Notes: generated from the sequence alone by a model not told the origin. DNA of 64,000 bases from an uncultured Acidobacteriota bacterium (GCA_963700145.1 OY969474.1:2624001-2688000); one strand, 5' to 3'. Shown: positions 1 through 10,160, counted from the stretch's first letter. Numbers and translations are program-made.

Positions 1-459
1 GTGCGCGAGCGGGTCGGGCACTCCTTCATGAAGGCCACCCTGCGCCGGCGCAACGGCGTCTTCGGCGGCGAGCTGGCCGGCCACTACTACTTCCGCGACC
101 ACTTCTACGCCGACTCGGCGATCCTCGCGGTGGTCGAGGTGCTGAACCTGCTGCGCGAGACCGGGCAGCCGCTCTCGGCCCTCGTCGCGCCGCTCCGCCG
201 CTACGCCAAGAGCCCGGAGATCAACTTCGTCGTCGAGGACAAGGCGGGGGCGATCCGGCGGCTCGCCGAGCGCTACGCCGACGCCGAGATCGACTACCTC
301 GACGGCATCACCATCCGCTACCTGACTTGGTGGGCCAACGTCCGCCCCTCGAACACCGAGCCCTACCTGCGGCTGGTGCTGGAGGCGAACACGCCGGAGG
401 AGCTGGAGCGGCGGCGGCGGGAGCTGGAAGCGATTCTCGGCACGCCGGCCGAGGAGTGA
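1..459 (+). CDS. Phosphomannomutase/phosphoglucomutase, C-terminal part (5' truncated by window)
   Basis: GGELAGHYYF sugar-binding loop, DGITI...NVRPSNTEPYLRL C-terminal motif. Confidence 0.9.
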   Translation: MRERVGHSFMKATLRRRNGVFGGELAGHYYFRDHFYADSAILAVVEVLNLLRETGQPLSALVAPLRRYAKSPEINFVVEDKAGAIRRLAERYADAEIDYLDGITIRYLTWWANVRPSNTEPYLRLVLEANTPEELERRRRELEAILGTPAEE

Positions 460-2163
460 TCAGAACCGCGAAGCGGTGAGGCTGACGTCGGCGCGCGCCC
501 AGGCGCGCCGGAACTCCTTGTCGGCGGCGGCGGCCTCGGGCTCCTTCCCCTGCGCGCGCAACGCCTGCGCCAGACCGAAGAGCGACCAGCCGTTGGCCGG
601 GTTGAGCCGCAGGTCCTCGCGGTAGACCGCCTCCGCCTCGGCGGCGCGGCCGCCGGCGAGGAGCACCGCGCCCAGCGACTGGCGCACCGGGTAGTACCAG
701 GGCGGCGGCTCGGTGAACCAGTGGCCGTCCTGGGCCGCGGCCGCCGCCTCCAGGCGCCGCACCGCCTCCGCCGTGTCGCCGCGCTTGGCCGCCAGCTCGC
801 CGGCGAGCACGTCCTCGGCCAGCCGCAGCATGTCCACCGTCTTGAAGTATCCGGCGAGCGTGCGCGCCGGCGGGACGGCGGCGCGGTGCGCCGCCAGGGC
901 GTCGAGCTCGCCCTGCGCCTCGTCGAGCCGCCCGCCGGCGGCGAAGGCGAGGCCGCGGGCGTAGCGCCAGATGCCGGTCGTGTAGAGCAGCTCCGCCGGG
1001 GGCGCCGGCTCGCGCAGGACTTCCTCCCAGCGGCCGAAGCGGGCCAGGACGTAGAGCGGCGCCGCGGGCGCCACCTCCATGTCCGTCATCTGGCGAACGT
1101 CCTCGAGGCTGACCTCCGCCGCCAGCTCGCGCGCCGCCCGCAGCGCCTCGGCGCCGCGCCCCTCCATCGCCGCCGCCGCCCAGATGAAGTCGATGTTGTG
1201 CGGGTAGTAGAGCATCCGGTAGATCGGGCTGGGCTCGCGCCGCTGGAAGTAGGCGCGGTCGGCGGCGAGGGCGCGCTCGTTGACCTCGCCGGCCTCGGCG
1301 TAGCGCCCGACGCGGAAGTAGATGTGCGACGGCATGTGCACCATGTGGCCGGCGCCGGGCACGAGGCCGCGCAGGCGGTCGGCGGCCGCCTCGGCCCGCT
1401 TGGGGTCGGGCGAGGCCTCCAGCGCGTGGATGTAGAGGTGGTTGGCGCCGGGGTGGTCTGGGGCGGCGGCGAGGACGCGCTCGAGGGTGGCGATCGCTTC
1501 GGTGGTGCCGGGGTGGGGCTGCCCGTCGGGCTGCCAGAGGTCCCAGGGGCGCAGGTTCATCAGGGAGTCGGCGAGGAGCGTCGCGGCGTCGAGGTCGTCG
1601 GGGAAGCGCACCACGACGTCGCGCAGGGCGTCGGCGTAGGCGCGGTCGAGCGCCTTGCGGTCGGCCGCGGGGTCGGGCGAATGGCGCCGCAAGGTGGCGG
1701 CGATGAGCGCCCGCTCCCGCTCGCTCGCGCCGCCCGCCAGCGCCTGCGCGCGCTGGGCGGCTGCGTAGGCCGTCCGCTCGCGCTCCGGGTCGGTCGGGCT
1801 GTTGTAGTTCGAGCCGAGGGAGAGGGCGATCCCCCACTCGCAGAGCGCGCAGCTCGGGTCGAGCCGCGCCGCCTCGCGGAACGACGCCAGCGCCTCATAG
1901 TGGTTGAAGGAGTAGAAGAGCCGCAGTCCCTGGTCGAAGTACGCCTGGGCCTCGGGCGAGGCGGTGGTGATCTCGCGGTGGTAGCTGCCGAGATCGGTGA
2001 AGAGCGGCGGCGCCGCCTCGGCGGCGGCCGTTGCCGTGGGAGCGTGGACGTGCGGCTCAGGCGCCGGTGTCGGCCGGGCCGCGCAGCCGGCGCTGAGGAG
2101 CGCGGCGGCCAGCGGCCCGGCGGCGAGGAGCCGGAGCGGAAGCGGCGGGCGGGCCGGGATCAG
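460..2163 (-). CDS. TPR-repeat lipoprotein (probable CTG start)
   Basis: Lipobox-like LLSAGC, AQAYFDQGLRLFYSFNH, HPGANHLYIHALE, GHMVHMPSHIY, TPR-like helices; no ATG/GTG/TTG before the signal peptide; CTG at 2163 overlaps upstream TGA. Confidence 0.8.
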   Translation of the reverse strand: MIPARPPLPLRLLAAGPLAAALLSAGCAARPTPAPEPHVHAPTATAAAEAAPPLFTDLGSYHREITTASPEAQAYFDQGLRLFYSFNHYEALASFREAARLDPSCALCEWGIALSLGSNYNSPTDPERERTAYAAAQRAQALAGGASERERALIAATLRRHSPDPAADRKALDRAYADALRDVVVRFPDDLDAATLLADSLMNLRPWDLWQPDGQPHPGTTEAIATLERVLAAAPDHPGANHLYIHALEASPDPKRAEAAADRLRGLVPGAGHMVHMPSHIYFRVGRYAEAGEVNERALAADRAYFQRREPSPIYRMLYYPHNIDFIWAAAAMEGRGAEALRAARELAAEVSLEDVRQMTDMEVAPAAPLYVLARFGRWEEVLREPAPPAELLYTTGIWRYARGLAFAAGGRLDEAQGELDALAAHRAAVPPARTLAGYFKTVDMLRLAEDVLAGELAAKRGDTAEAVRRLEAAAAAQDGHWFTEPPPWYYPVRQSLGAVLLAGGRAAEAEAVYREDLRLNPANGWSLFGLAQALRAQGKEPEAAAADKEFRRAWARADVSLTASRF

Positions 2164-2852
2164 TCCCGCCGCCCTCCGAGAAGGCCGGCGCGGAGCAGGA
2201 AGTAGAGCAGCGTCATCAGGGTCGAGATCGCGGCGGCGACGTAGGTCAGGGCCGCGGCGTTGAGCACCCGGTCCATCCCCTCGCGCTCCTGCGCCAGCAC
2301 GATCCCCTGCTCGACCGCCAGCCGCTTGGCGCGCGCCGAGGCGTCGAACTCGACCGGCAGCGTGACGATCTGGAAGAGCAGCACCGCCGAGAACAGGACC
2401 GCGCCCAGGCCGACCATGTTCTGCGACTGCATGAAGAGGCCGAGCATCATCGTGATGTAGCCGACCGAGGAGCCGATGTTGGCCGTCGGCACCAGCGCCG
2501 AGCGCAGCCAGAGCGGCTTGTAGCCGACGGCGTGCTGGATGGCGTGCCCCGCCTCGTGACAGGCGACGCCGATCGCGGCGATCGACGGCACCTGGTAGAC
2601 CCCCTCGGAGAGGGCCAGGGTCTTGGTCAGCGGGTTGTAGTGGTCCGAGAGCATCCCCTGGTGGGGGACGACCTTCACGTCGTGGAGCCCGGCGGAAGAG
2701 AGCAGCCGCTGCGCCGCCTGGGCGCCGGTCAGGCCGGAGGCCGCCCGCACCTTCGAGTACTTCTTGAACGCCGAGCGCGTGCGCCAGCTCGCCCAGAGCG
2801 AGAGCGCCAGTGCCGGCAGGATGAAGACGAGGTAGACAGGGTCGAACATCAT
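2160..2852 (-). CDS. Membrane zinc metallopeptidase (YugP / Zn_peptidase_2 family)
   Basis: LSDHYNP, ACHEAGHAIQH (HExxH), TLPVEFDASARA, AALTYVAA. Confidence 0.9.
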   Translation of the reverse strand: MMFDPVYLVFILPALALSLWASWRTRSAFKKYSKVRAASGLTGAQAAQRLLSSAGLHDVKVVPHQGMLSDHYNPLTKTLALSEGVYQVPSIAAIGVACHEAGHAIQHAVGYKPLWLRSALVPTANIGSSVGYITMMLGLFMQSQNMVGLGAVLFSAVLLFQIVTLPVEFDASARAKRLAVEQGIVLAQEREGMDRVLNAAALTYVAAAISTLMTLLYFLLRAGLLGGRRD

Positions 2853-2910
2853 GGGGGTTCACACCCTCCTTCAACTCATCCTAACAGTGCCCCCGGAAGA
2901 GGCATTTCAG

Positions 2911-2979
2911 AAACGCCCGGGACGTGGCCCGGGCGCTACGGCGCCGATGCGTAGCGCCCGGCCTACGTGCCGGGCGTTT
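2911..2979. repeat. GTAG-family REP doublet (inverted pair, REPIN-like)
   Basis: AAACGCCCGGGACGTGGCCCGGGCGCTACG followed by inverted copy CGTAGCGCCCGGCCTACGTGCCGGGCGTTT; same family at 5753, 26636 and 59267. Confidence 0.85.
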
Positions 2980-3003
2980 TCGGGCGGGGGTTAGAGTACG
3001 CCC

Positions 3004-3732
3004 ATGACGGAAACGGACGGGCGGATCGCGGTCGTCACCGGCGGCAGCCGCGGCATCGGCCGGGCGATCGTCGAGGCGTTCCTCGGCGAGGGCTGGCGCG
3101 TCTACCTCTGCAGCCGCCGGCAGAGCTCGGTCGACCGCGCGCTCGGCGAGCTGGCCGGGAGCTACGGCGCCGGGAAGGCGGCCGGCCGCGCCCTGGACGT
3201 CGGGCGCGAGGAGGAGGTCGAGGACTTCGCGCGCTGGGTGCTCGGCGAGACCGGCGGCCGCGTCGATTGCCTGGTCAACAACGCCGGCCTCGCCCACTTC
3301 GGGCCGGTCGACGAGCTGACCGGCGAGCAGTGGCGCGACGTCATCGACACCAACCTCTCCGGCCCCTTCTACTGCGTCCGCGCCTTCGCGCCGGCGATGA
3401 AACGGCGCGGCACGGGCTGGATCGTCAACATCGCCTCGCTCGCCGCCAAGAACCCCTTCGCCGGCGGCGCCGCCTACAACGCCAGCAAGTTCGGCCTGGT
3501 GGGGTTCTCCGAGGCGTCGATGCTCGACCTGCGCCAGCACGGCGTGCGCGTGGCCTCGATCCTCCCCGGCAGCGTCGAGACCGACTTCGGGCACGGCCAG
3601 CAGTCCCGCGACGGCGGCTGGCGCCTGGCGCCCGAGGACGTGGCGGCGATGGTCCTCCACCTCCTCACCTATCCGGAGCGCGCCCTGCCCAGCCTGGTGG
3701 AGATGCGGCCGACTCGGCCGCCGAAGCGCTAG
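3004..3732 (+). CDS. Short-chain dehydrogenase/reductase (SDR)
   Basis: TGGSRGIG, NNAG, YNASK catalytic motif. Confidence 0.9.
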   Translation: MTETDGRIAVVTGGSRGIGRAIVEAFLGEGWRVYLCSRRQSSVDRALGELAGSYGAGKAAGRALDVGREEEVEDFARWVLGETGGRVDCLVNNAGLAHFGPVDELTGEQWRDVIDTNLSGPFYCVRAFAPAMKRRGTGWIVNIASLAAKNPFAGGAAYNASKFGLVGFSEASMLDLRQHGVRVASILPGSVETDFGHGQQSRDGGWRLAPEDVAAMVLHLLTYPERALPSLVEMRPTRPPKR

Positions 3733-4682
3733 AGGATCTTCAGCGGCTCGGCGCTCTTGAGCACCATCGGGCCGGTGGGCTGGGGGGCGCCGCCGGCGGG
3801 CTCGACGGTGATCGCGGCGAGCTCCGTGCCGGCGGGCATCGTCGGGGCGGAGAGGCTCGCCGAGGCGCCCGGCTCGAGGTCGAAGGTGCCGGCCGGCACG
3901 GGCTTCCCGTCCGCGATGAACCAGAGCTGGTAGTCCCGCTCCGGCCCCGCCGGCGGCAGGCCGTCCACCGACAGGAACCAGTGTTGGTGGTCGGCGGCGA
4001 CGTAGAGGACGCCGCGCGAGCGCGGCGGCGCCGCCGCCTCCCCCTCGACCGGCCGCAGCGGCATCACCTCGACCGCCGGGGAGGTGACGAGCCCCAGCCG
4101 CTGGCGCAGCGCCGCGAGCTCCTCGCCGCCGCCCTCGCTCTCCAACGAGGCGATCTGCTCCTGCAACAGGTTCCGCTCGGCCCGGAGCCTGTCGATCTCC
4201 GCCCTCTGCTCCTGGAGCCCGAGCCAGAGCCAGGCCGAGAGCCCGAGGCAGGCAAGCGCCACGCTCGCCGCCAGCGCCAAGGGCCACCGGCGCGCCGGGC
4301 GCCCGTAGGGCACGGCCGTCGCCGCCGGGTGCCGCTGCGACTGCGGCGGCTCGAGCGGCTGGCCGAAGAGCGTCGCGCCGGCGGGGAACGGCACCGGCGG
4401 CGGCTGGCGCTCCGCCGCCTGCGGCCCCTCGGGCTCGACCTCCATCGTCTCGTCGCCGCGCACCAGCGCCAGCACTTTCTCGCGCAGCGCGGGCGCGGGC
4501 GCCGCCGGCGGCGCGTCGTAGGCCACCAGCCCCAGCACCTCGGTGTAGAGGCGGACCAGCGTCTCGGCGTCGGCGCCGCGCGGGGCCTCCGCGCGCGGCT
4601 CCGCGGGCGCGGTCGGGTCGCGCTCGAGCGCCGCGAGGGCCTCGTCGATCAGCTCGTCTTCGTGGCGTTCGTCGTTCGTCAC
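3729..4682 (-). CDS. Anti-sigma factor, RskA family
   Basis: GTG start overlaps sigma stop (GTGA); single TM helix, coiled coil, YQLWFI and AITVEPAGGAPQPTGP RskA C-terminal motifs. Confidence 0.85.
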   Translation of the reverse strand: MTNDERHEDELIDEALAALERDPTAPAEPRAEAPRGADAETLVRLYTEVLGLVAYDAPPAAPAPALREKVLALVRGDETMEVEPEGPQAAERQPPPVPFPAGATLFGQPLEPPQSQRHPAATAVPYGRPARRWPLALAASVALACLGLSAWLWLGLQEQRAEIDRLRAERNLLQEQIASLESEGGGEELAALRQRLGLVTSPAVEVMPLRPVEGEAAAPPRSRGVLYVAADHQHWFLSVDGLPPAGPERDYQLWFIADGKPVPAGTFDLEPGASASLSAPTMPAGTELAAITVEPAGGAPQPTGPMVLKSAEPLKIL

Positions 4683-5287
4683 AGCAGCTCTCGGATCGCG
4701 GGACGCAGGGCCTGCCGCAGCTTCTTCATCGCCAGCAGCGACCGGGTCTTGACCGTGCCGAGCGGGATGCCGGTACGCCCGGCGATCTCGCTCTGCGACA
4801 GCCCTTGAAAGAAGGCCAGCTCCAGGACCTCCCGTTGTTCGGCGGGCAAAGCGGCCAGCTCGCTCCGCACCCGCTCCCGTCTCTCTCGGATCAGTACGTT
4901 CTCCGCCGCCTCGGGGGATGCATGGCCGCCGCCGGGGTTTTCCCGCTCCACGGCCTCCACCGTCCGCTCGGCGACGCGGCGGCTGCGCAGGCGGTCGATG
5001 GCGCGGCTGCGCGCGATGAGCACCAGCCAGGTCGAGACGGAGGAGCGCGAGGGGTCGTAGCGGTCGGCGCGGTTCCAGACCTGGAGGAAGACGTCCTGCA
5101 GCACTTCTTCGGCCTCGGCGCGGCTGCCGAGGATGCGCGCGGTCAGGCCGAGCAGGAGCGGGCTGAAGCGGTCGTACAGCTCGCCGAGCGCGTCCGGCCG
5201 CCGGTCCGCCACCTGGCGCACGAGCGCGGCGTCGCCCAGCGCGCCCAGGTGGTCCGCGAGAGACGTCGAGTCCGTGGTGAGGGCCAT
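4679..5287 (-). CDS. ECF sigma-70 factor (SigK-like)
   Basis: [47 protein letters not shown] (regions 2 and 4). Confidence 0.92.
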   Translation of the reverse strand: MALTTDSTSLADHLGALGDAALVRQVADRRPDALGELYDRFSPLLLGLTARILGSRAEAEEVLQDVFLQVWNRADRYDPSRSSVSTWLVLIARSRAIDRLRSRRVAERTVEAVERENPGGGHASPEAAENVLIRERRERVRSELAALPAEQREVLELAFFQGLSQSEIAGRTGIPLGTVKTRSLLAMKKLRQALRPAIRELL

Positions 5288-5325
5288 GCGGAAAGGTCAG
5301 CTTAGCACGCGGTAGCATGCGCCCC

Positions 5326-5769
5326 GTGAGCGAAGCGAGCGGCGAATCGAGCGGCGGCACCGGTCCGACCCAGCCGGCGATCCGGGTCATCATGATGCCC
5401 AAGGACACCAACGCCCTGGGCACCATCTTCGGCGGCATCATCCTCTCCTACATCGACCAGGCGGGCGCGGTGGAGGCGCACCGGCACGGCACCGGACGGC
5501 TCGTCACCGTGGCGATGAACGCGGTCGAGTTCCACGCCCCGGTCTTCGTCGGCGACCTGGTGAGCTTCTACACCGAGACCGTGCGCATCGGCCGCACCTC
5601 GCTTACCGTGCGCGTGCTGGTCGAGGCCCAGCGCGTGGAGACCGAGAGCCTCTACGGCACCCGCGGCGTCGGCAAGGTCAAGGTGACGGAGGCGGAGGTG
5701 ATCTACGTCCAGGTAGACAAGGACGGAAAGCCGCTGCCGATCCGAAGGGAAGAAACGCCCGGCACGTAG
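5326..5769 (+). CDS. Acyl-CoA thioesterase (hotdog fold)
   Basis: [33 protein letters not shown]; GTG start chosen from upstream TAGCAT -10 box. Confidence 0.9.
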   Translation: MSEASGESSGGTGPTQPAIRVIMMPKDTNALGTIFGGIILSYIDQAGAVEAHRHGTGRLVTVAMNAVEFHAPVFVGDLVSFYTETVRIGRTSLTVRVLVEAQRVETESLYGTRGVGKVKVTEAEVIYVQVDKDGKPLPIRREETPGT

Positions 5770-5820
5770 GCCGGGCGCTACGTTGTTGTTCGTAGCGGCG
5801 GGCCTACGTGCCCGCCGTTT
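5753..5820. repeat. GTAG-family REP doublet between convergent genes, carrying both stop codons
   Basis: AAACGCCCGGCACGTAGGCCGGGCGCTACG ... CGTAGCGGCGGGCCTACGTGCCCGCCGTTT. Confidence 0.85.
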
Positions 5821-6382
5821 TTTTCTCGCCTTGGAACACCTCGTAGCAGCGCCGGCAGCGCGCCTCGTAGGCGTCGGTGTCGCCGATCTCGAGCTGCTGG
5901 CCGCCGCCGGCGATCCGCTGGCTGAAGCTCGCCGGCGCGCCGCAGCGCACGCAGACCGCGTGCATCTTGTCCACGTACTCCGCGCGCGCCAGCAGCTCCG
6001 GCATCGGCCCGAAGGGGCGGCGCAGGTAGTCGAGATCGAGGCCGGCGACGATCACCCGCACGCCGGCGTCGGCCAGCTCCTCGACCAGCGGCACGAGGTC
6101 GGCGTCGAAGAACTGCGCCTCGTCGATCCCGACGACCTCCACCTCCGGCTCGAGCCGCCGCCGCAGCTCGGCGCTGCCGGCGACCGAGACCGCCCGCAGC
6201 TCGCGGTTGTCGCGCGTCACCAGGAGCTCGGGGTCGTGGCGGCTGTCGGCCTGCGGCTTGAAGCACTGCACCTTCTGCCGCGCGATCGTGGCGCGGCGCA
6301 GGCGGCGCACCAGCTCCTCGCTCTTGCCGGAGAACATGCCCCCGGTGATCGCCTCGACGTGGCCGCGCGTCCCTTCGTCCAT
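5804..6382 (-). CDS. tdk: Thymidine kinase
   Basis: GGMFSGKSEEL P-loop, IDEAQFF, AGLDLDY, zinc-binding CVRC...YEARCRRC. Confidence 0.95.
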   Translation of the reverse strand: MDEGTRGHVEAITGGMFSGKSEELVRRLRRATIARQKVQCFKPQADSRHDPELLVTRDNRELRAVSVAGSAELRRRLEPEVEVVGIDEAQFFDADLVPLVEELADAGVRVIVAGLDLDYLRRPFGPMPELLARAEYVDKMHAVCVRCGAPASFSQRIAGGGQQLEIGDTDAYEARCRRCYEVFQGEKKTAGT

Positions 6383-6444
6383 GCGGCCGGGGATGGTATC
6401 GCAGCTACCTGGAGCCGCCGGCGGGCTTTGCTACCATGCAAGGC

Positions 6445-6798
6445 ATGGCGACGCGGCGCAGCGGCCGGCGGGTCTTCTCCTACGAGGAGGCGCTCGCCCT
6501 CTTCCCGGCGGTGCGCGACCTGACCGCGGCGGCGGTGCGGCAGGTCGAGGAGCTGATCCAGGAGGCGCGGAGCAGCGACGAGCCCGAGGACCAGGAGACG
6601 GAGCTCGAAGAGGCCTACGGCAAGGTCGTCCAGGCCTGGGCGGACGAGATCATCGCCCTGGGCTGCGAGGTCAAAGGCCTCTGGCTCGTCGACTGGGACA
6701 GCGGCGACGGCTACTACTGCTGGAAGTACCCCGAGGAGTCGATCGGCTTCTTCCACGGCTACGAAGAAGGCTTCCAGGGGCGGCTGCCGATCAACTGA
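6445..6798 (+). CDS. DUF2203-family protein
   Basis: FSYEEALALFP...GCEVKGLWLVDW...YYCWKYPEESIGFFHGYEEGFQGRLPI pattern. Confidence 0.8.
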   Translation: MATRRSGRRVFSYEEALALFPAVRDLTAAAVRQVEELIQEARSSDEPEDQETELEEAYGKVVQAWADEIIALGCEVKGLWLVDWDSGDGYYCWKYPEESIGFFHGYEEGFQGRLPIN

Positions 6799-7429
6799 GG
6801 CGGCGCTCGAGGAAGCCGGCGACCGCTTCGATCGCGGCGGCGAGGTTCTCCTTCTCGGTGCGGCCGGAGGAGGCGCGGGGCTTCAGGGAGTGGTCGCCGT
6901 CCTCGATCCAGACGACCTCGATGGCGGGTGAGAGGGTGTAGCCGGCGACCTCTTCCGCGGTGCCGAAGGGGTCGCGGGTGCCCTGGACGACGAGTGCCGG
7001 GGTGCGCAGGGCGGCGAGGTGCGCCGTGTGCAGCTTCTCGGGCTGGCCCGGCGGGTGGAAGGGGTACCCCAAGCAGACCAGGCCGCGGGCGCCCAGCTCG
7101 TCGGCGACCATGCTGGCGATGCGGCCGCCCATCGACTTGCCGCCGACGACCAACCGCTCGCCGCCGCCGAGGGCGCCGACCGCCTCCTTCCACGCCTTTT
7201 CCAGCACCGGCGCCGGGTTCGGCCCCTTCCGCGTGCCCTGCTCGCGCCGTGCCCGCATGTAGGGGAACTCGAAGCGCGCGACGCGGAACCCGCGCGCGGC
7301 GACGCCGCGGGCGACGGTGTTCATGTAGGGCGCGTCCATCGGCCCGCCGGCGCCGTGGGCGAGGACGAGGATGAGGGCGGAATCCTCGGGGCCGTCGAAG
7401 AGGAAGTACGGCTCTTTGGTCTCGGGCAT
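6791..7429 (-). CDS. Alpha/beta hydrolase (KANSL3/Tex30-like)
   Basis: LAHGAGGPMD, GGKSMGGR nucleophile elbow, GYPFHPPG, QGTRDPFG, DGDHS. Confidence 0.85.
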   Translation of the reverse strand: MPETKEPYFLFDGPEDSALILVLAHGAGGPMDAPYMNTVARGVAARGFRVARFEFPYMRARREQGTRKGPNPAPVLEKAWKEAVGALGGGERLVVGGKSMGGRIASMVADELGARGLVCLGYPFHPPGQPEKLHTAHLAALRTPALVVQGTRDPFGTAEEVAGYTLSPAIEVVWIEDGDHSLKPRASSGRTEKENLAAAIEAVAGFLERRLS

Positions 7430-7431
7430 GG

Positions 7432-7998
7432 CTACTCCACCTCTCTTTCGATTGCGGCGCGCAACGCCGCGATCCACTCCTCGGCCCCCCGGCGCCGCTC
7501 GGCGCCGAGGGCGGCGCCGCGGGGGGTGCGGTAGCGCTCGGCGGGCGGGCCGGGGTCGAGCAGGATAAGGGCGCGCGTCAGCGGCAGGCGCTTCTTGCCT
7601 GCCGTCATCAACCGCCCGGCCGCCGCCGCCACGCCCGCCGATTCCAGGAGGAGTGCGTCGTGGAGCAGCTCCTCCTCCGGCCCGCGCGGGTCGTCCGCCA
7701 GGCGCGGCAAGCCCGCCCGCGCCCGCCGCACCAGCTCCTCCGGCAGGCCCAGGCCCTTCAAGAAGAGGTCGAGCCGGCCGCCAGCGGCGAGCGAGCCTAG
7801 CCGGTCCACCACCCCGTGCAGCAGGAGGAGCAGCTCGAGGAGCGCCGCGTCCACCGGGTCCGGGCCGCGCAGCGCCGCCGCCCGCCGCGCCAGGCGCTCG
7901 ACGCGGTCGAAGGTCTGCACCCCGTCGAGGCCGGCGTAGAGCGGCCGCACGAACTGCTCGACGGCGCGGCGGGCCTCGGGCGTCAGACCCGCGCTCAT
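7432..7998 (-). CDS. Hypothetical protein, possibly degenerate HD-domain fold
   Basis: ATGA-coupled to upstream HAD gene; FDRVERL...LLLLHGV...LLHDALLLE resembles HD hydrolase spacing without the metal ligands. Confidence 0.6.
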   Translation of the reverse strand: MSAGLTPEARRAVEQFVRPLYAGLDGVQTFDRVERLARRAAALRGPDPVDAALLELLLLLHGVVDRLGSLAAGGRLDLFLKGLGLPEELVRRARAGLPRLADDPRGPEEELLHDALLLESAGVAAAAGRLMTAGKKRLPLTRALILLDPGPPAERYRTPRGAALGAERRRGAEEWIAALRAAIEREVE

Positions 7999-8687
7999 GC
8001 GAACAAGGCTTCCAGCCGCTCGGGCGTGAGCCCGGCCAGCGCCGGCACCACCGCGTGCGCCCCGCGCAGGTCCGCCGCGCCGTAGGTGTGGGCCACGCCG
8101 AGCGTCAGCAGCCCCGCCTCGCCCGCGGCGCGGATCCCCGCCAGGCTGTCCTCCAGCGCCAGGACCTCGTGCGGGTGGACCATCCGCTCGGGGAGCGGCG
8201 GCCGGGCATTGAGCGCCTCCAGGGCCAGCCGGTAGCCCTCCGGGTCGGGCTTGCCGTCGGAGACGTCCTCGGCCGTCACCAGCACCTTGAAGTGGCGCGC
8301 CAGCCCGAGCTGCCGCACCGCCCCCTCGACCTCCTCGCGCAGCGCGCCGCTGACGATCCCCAGGAGCCACCCCCGCGCCGCCGCCGCCCCGACCAGCTCG
8401 GCCGCGCCGGGGAAGACCGGGTAGCCGCCGGCGAGCATCCGCTCGCGGTAGTAGCTCGCCTTGCGCGTGATGAGCCGCACGAGCCGCGAGGGGGTGGCCT
8501 TCTCCCCCGCCGCCGCCAGCACCGCCGCGAAGCAGGCGCGGTCGTCGAGCCCGAGGTAGCGGCCGTAGTAGTCCTCCTCCGAGAGCCGGACCCCCTCCTC
8601 CCCGAGCACCCGCTGGAGAAGCTCGAGGTGGATCGGCTCGTCGTCCACCAGGACGCCGTTGAAGTCGAAGAGGAGGGCGCGGATCAC
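7995..8687 (-). CDS. HAD-family phosphatase (beta-PGM/CbbY-like)
   Basis: LFDFNGVLVD, KPDPEGY, LEDSLAGI. Confidence 0.88.
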   Translation of the reverse strand: MIRALLFDFNGVLVDDEPIHLELLQRVLGEEGVRLSEEDYYGRYLGLDDRACFAAVLAAAGEKATPSRLVRLITRKASYYRERMLAGGYPVFPGAAELVGAAAARGWLLGIVSGALREEVEGAVRQLGLARHFKVLVTAEDVSDGKPDPEGYRLALEALNARPPLPERMVHPHEVLALEDSLAGIRAAGEAGLLTLGVAHTYGAADLRGAHAVVPALAGLTPERLEALFA

Positions 8688-8784
8688 CGCCGAATCATAC
8701 GCCCCGGGGAATGGCGGAAACCCTTTTGCCGTTTGACTTTCCGGGCCCCCACCGCTAGGGTGGAGGGCGACGAGGAGAGAACCG

Positions 8785-9189
8785 ATGGAACCGACCCAGA
8801 CGACCCAGCCCGAGCAGCCCGAGACCCACGCCGCGGCCCAGCCGCTCCCGCCCGAGGACATGCCGGTGACCCTGACCCCGAAGGCGGTCGAGATGGTCAA
8901 GACGACGCGCGGGCAGGAGGGGCTGGATGACTCGCACGGCCTGCGCATCGCGGTGCGCGGCGGCGGCTGCAGCGGCTTCGAGTACGCACTCGACTTCGAG
9001 AGCGAGGCGCGGGACAACGACTTCGTCTACGAGCAGAGCGGGCTGACGGTGTACGTGGACGGCCTCTCGGCGCGCTACCTCCACGGCACGAGCATCGACT
9101 ACGTGATGGGGATGGCCGGCGCCGGGTTCAAGTTCCACAATCCCAAGGCCGCTGGGACCTGCGGCTGCGGATCGTCCTTCACCGTCTGA
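8785..9189 (+). CDS. Fe-S cluster assembly accessory protein (IscA/ErpA/HesB)
   Basis: GGGCSGFEY and TCGCGSSF conserved cysteines. Confidence 0.93.
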   Translation: MEPTQTTQPEQPETHAAAQPLPPEDMPVTLTPKAVEMVKTTRGQEGLDDSHGLRIAVRGGGCSGFEYALDFESEARDNDFVYEQSGLTVYVDGLSARYLHGTSIDYVMGMAGAGFKFHNPKAAGTCGCGSSFTV

Positions 9190-9194
9190 TCTAG

Positions 9195-10160
9195 CTAACC
9201 GCGAACGAAGGGGAGCGCCGCGACCGTGGCGCTCCCGCCCTCTTCCACCTCCAGCGCCGTGCCGGGCTCCGCGGCCCGCTTGTGGACGATCGCCAGGCCG
9301 ATCGGGCGGCCGAGCACCGGCGAGACGAGGGCGGAGCCGACGGCGCCGGCCTCGCGGCCGTCGTGGCGGAGCGCCGTGCCGCGTGGCGGCGGCGCGCCCC
9401 CGCCGAAGTCGAGACCCACGAGCTGCCGCTGCACGCCGCCGCGGTAGTGGATGCGCGCCACCACCTCCTGCCCGAGGTAGCACCCCTTCGTGTAGCTCAC
9501 CGCCTCCTCGATCCCGGTCTCCTGCGGGAAGTTGTCGGGCCCGAAGTCGGCGCCAAAGCGCTGGATGCCGGCCTCGACGCGGACGGCTTCGAGGGCGGCG
9601 AAGCTCGCGGGGACGGCGCCGCGCGCCACGAGGGCGGCGGCGAGGTCCGGCGCGAGCGAGGAGGAGACCCAGAGCGTCAAGGCGGGGACGCCGAGGCGCC
9701 CCTGCCGCACGAGGGTGACCTCGGTGCCGAAGACGGCGGCGCGGGCGTGGCTCCAGACCGCGTCGGGGAGGGGCGGCGCGCCGGCGGCGGCGAGGAGGCC
9801 CTCGGCGCCCGGCCCGGCGAGCGTGAGCGGCAGCAGCTCCTTCGCCGGCATCACCTCCACCCGGTCGGCGATGACGTACTTCCGGAGCCGCTCGGCGACG
9901 ACCGGCGCCAGCCCTTGCGGCACCTCCAGCCGGAGCCGGTCCTCCAGCGCCAGGACGACGGCGTCGGCCTGGATGCGCCCCTGTTTGTCGGTGAAGAACC
10001 CGTACGCCCCGCCCCCCGGCGCGAGCGTCTTGACGTCGCAGGTCAGGTAGGCGTTCAAGAACCGCTGCCGGTCGGCGCCGAGGACCTCGAGGCGCCCCAC
10101 CCAGGAGCGCTCGACGAGCGCGCAGCCGCCGCGCAGCGCCTCGTAGCCTTCGTCGCTCAT
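9195..10160 (-). CDS. Folate-binding YgfZ/GcvT-family protein
   Basis: YgfZ signature KGCYLGQEVVARI. Confidence 0.9.
   Translation of the reverse strand: MSDEGYEALRGGCALVERSWVGRLEVLGADRQRFLNAYLTCDVKTLAPGGGAYGFFTDKQGRIQADAVVLALEDRLRLEVPQGLAPVVAERLRKYVIADRVEVMPAKELLPLTLAGPGAEGLLAAAGAPPLPDAVWSHARAAVFGTEVTLVRQGRLGVPALTLWVSSSLAPDLAAALVARGAVPASFAALEAVRVEAGIQRFGADFGPDNFPQETGIEEAVSYTKGCYLGQEVVARIHYRGGVQRQLVGLDFGGGAPPPRGTALRHDGREAGAVGSALVSPVLGRPIGLAIVHKRAAEPGTALEVEEGGSATVAALPFVRG

Noticed and set aside
460-2874. 804-aa ORF as one protein
   Set aside because: The first ~237 aa are an alternative frame of the zinc peptidase gene; protein-like sequence starts at the signal peptide near 2163.
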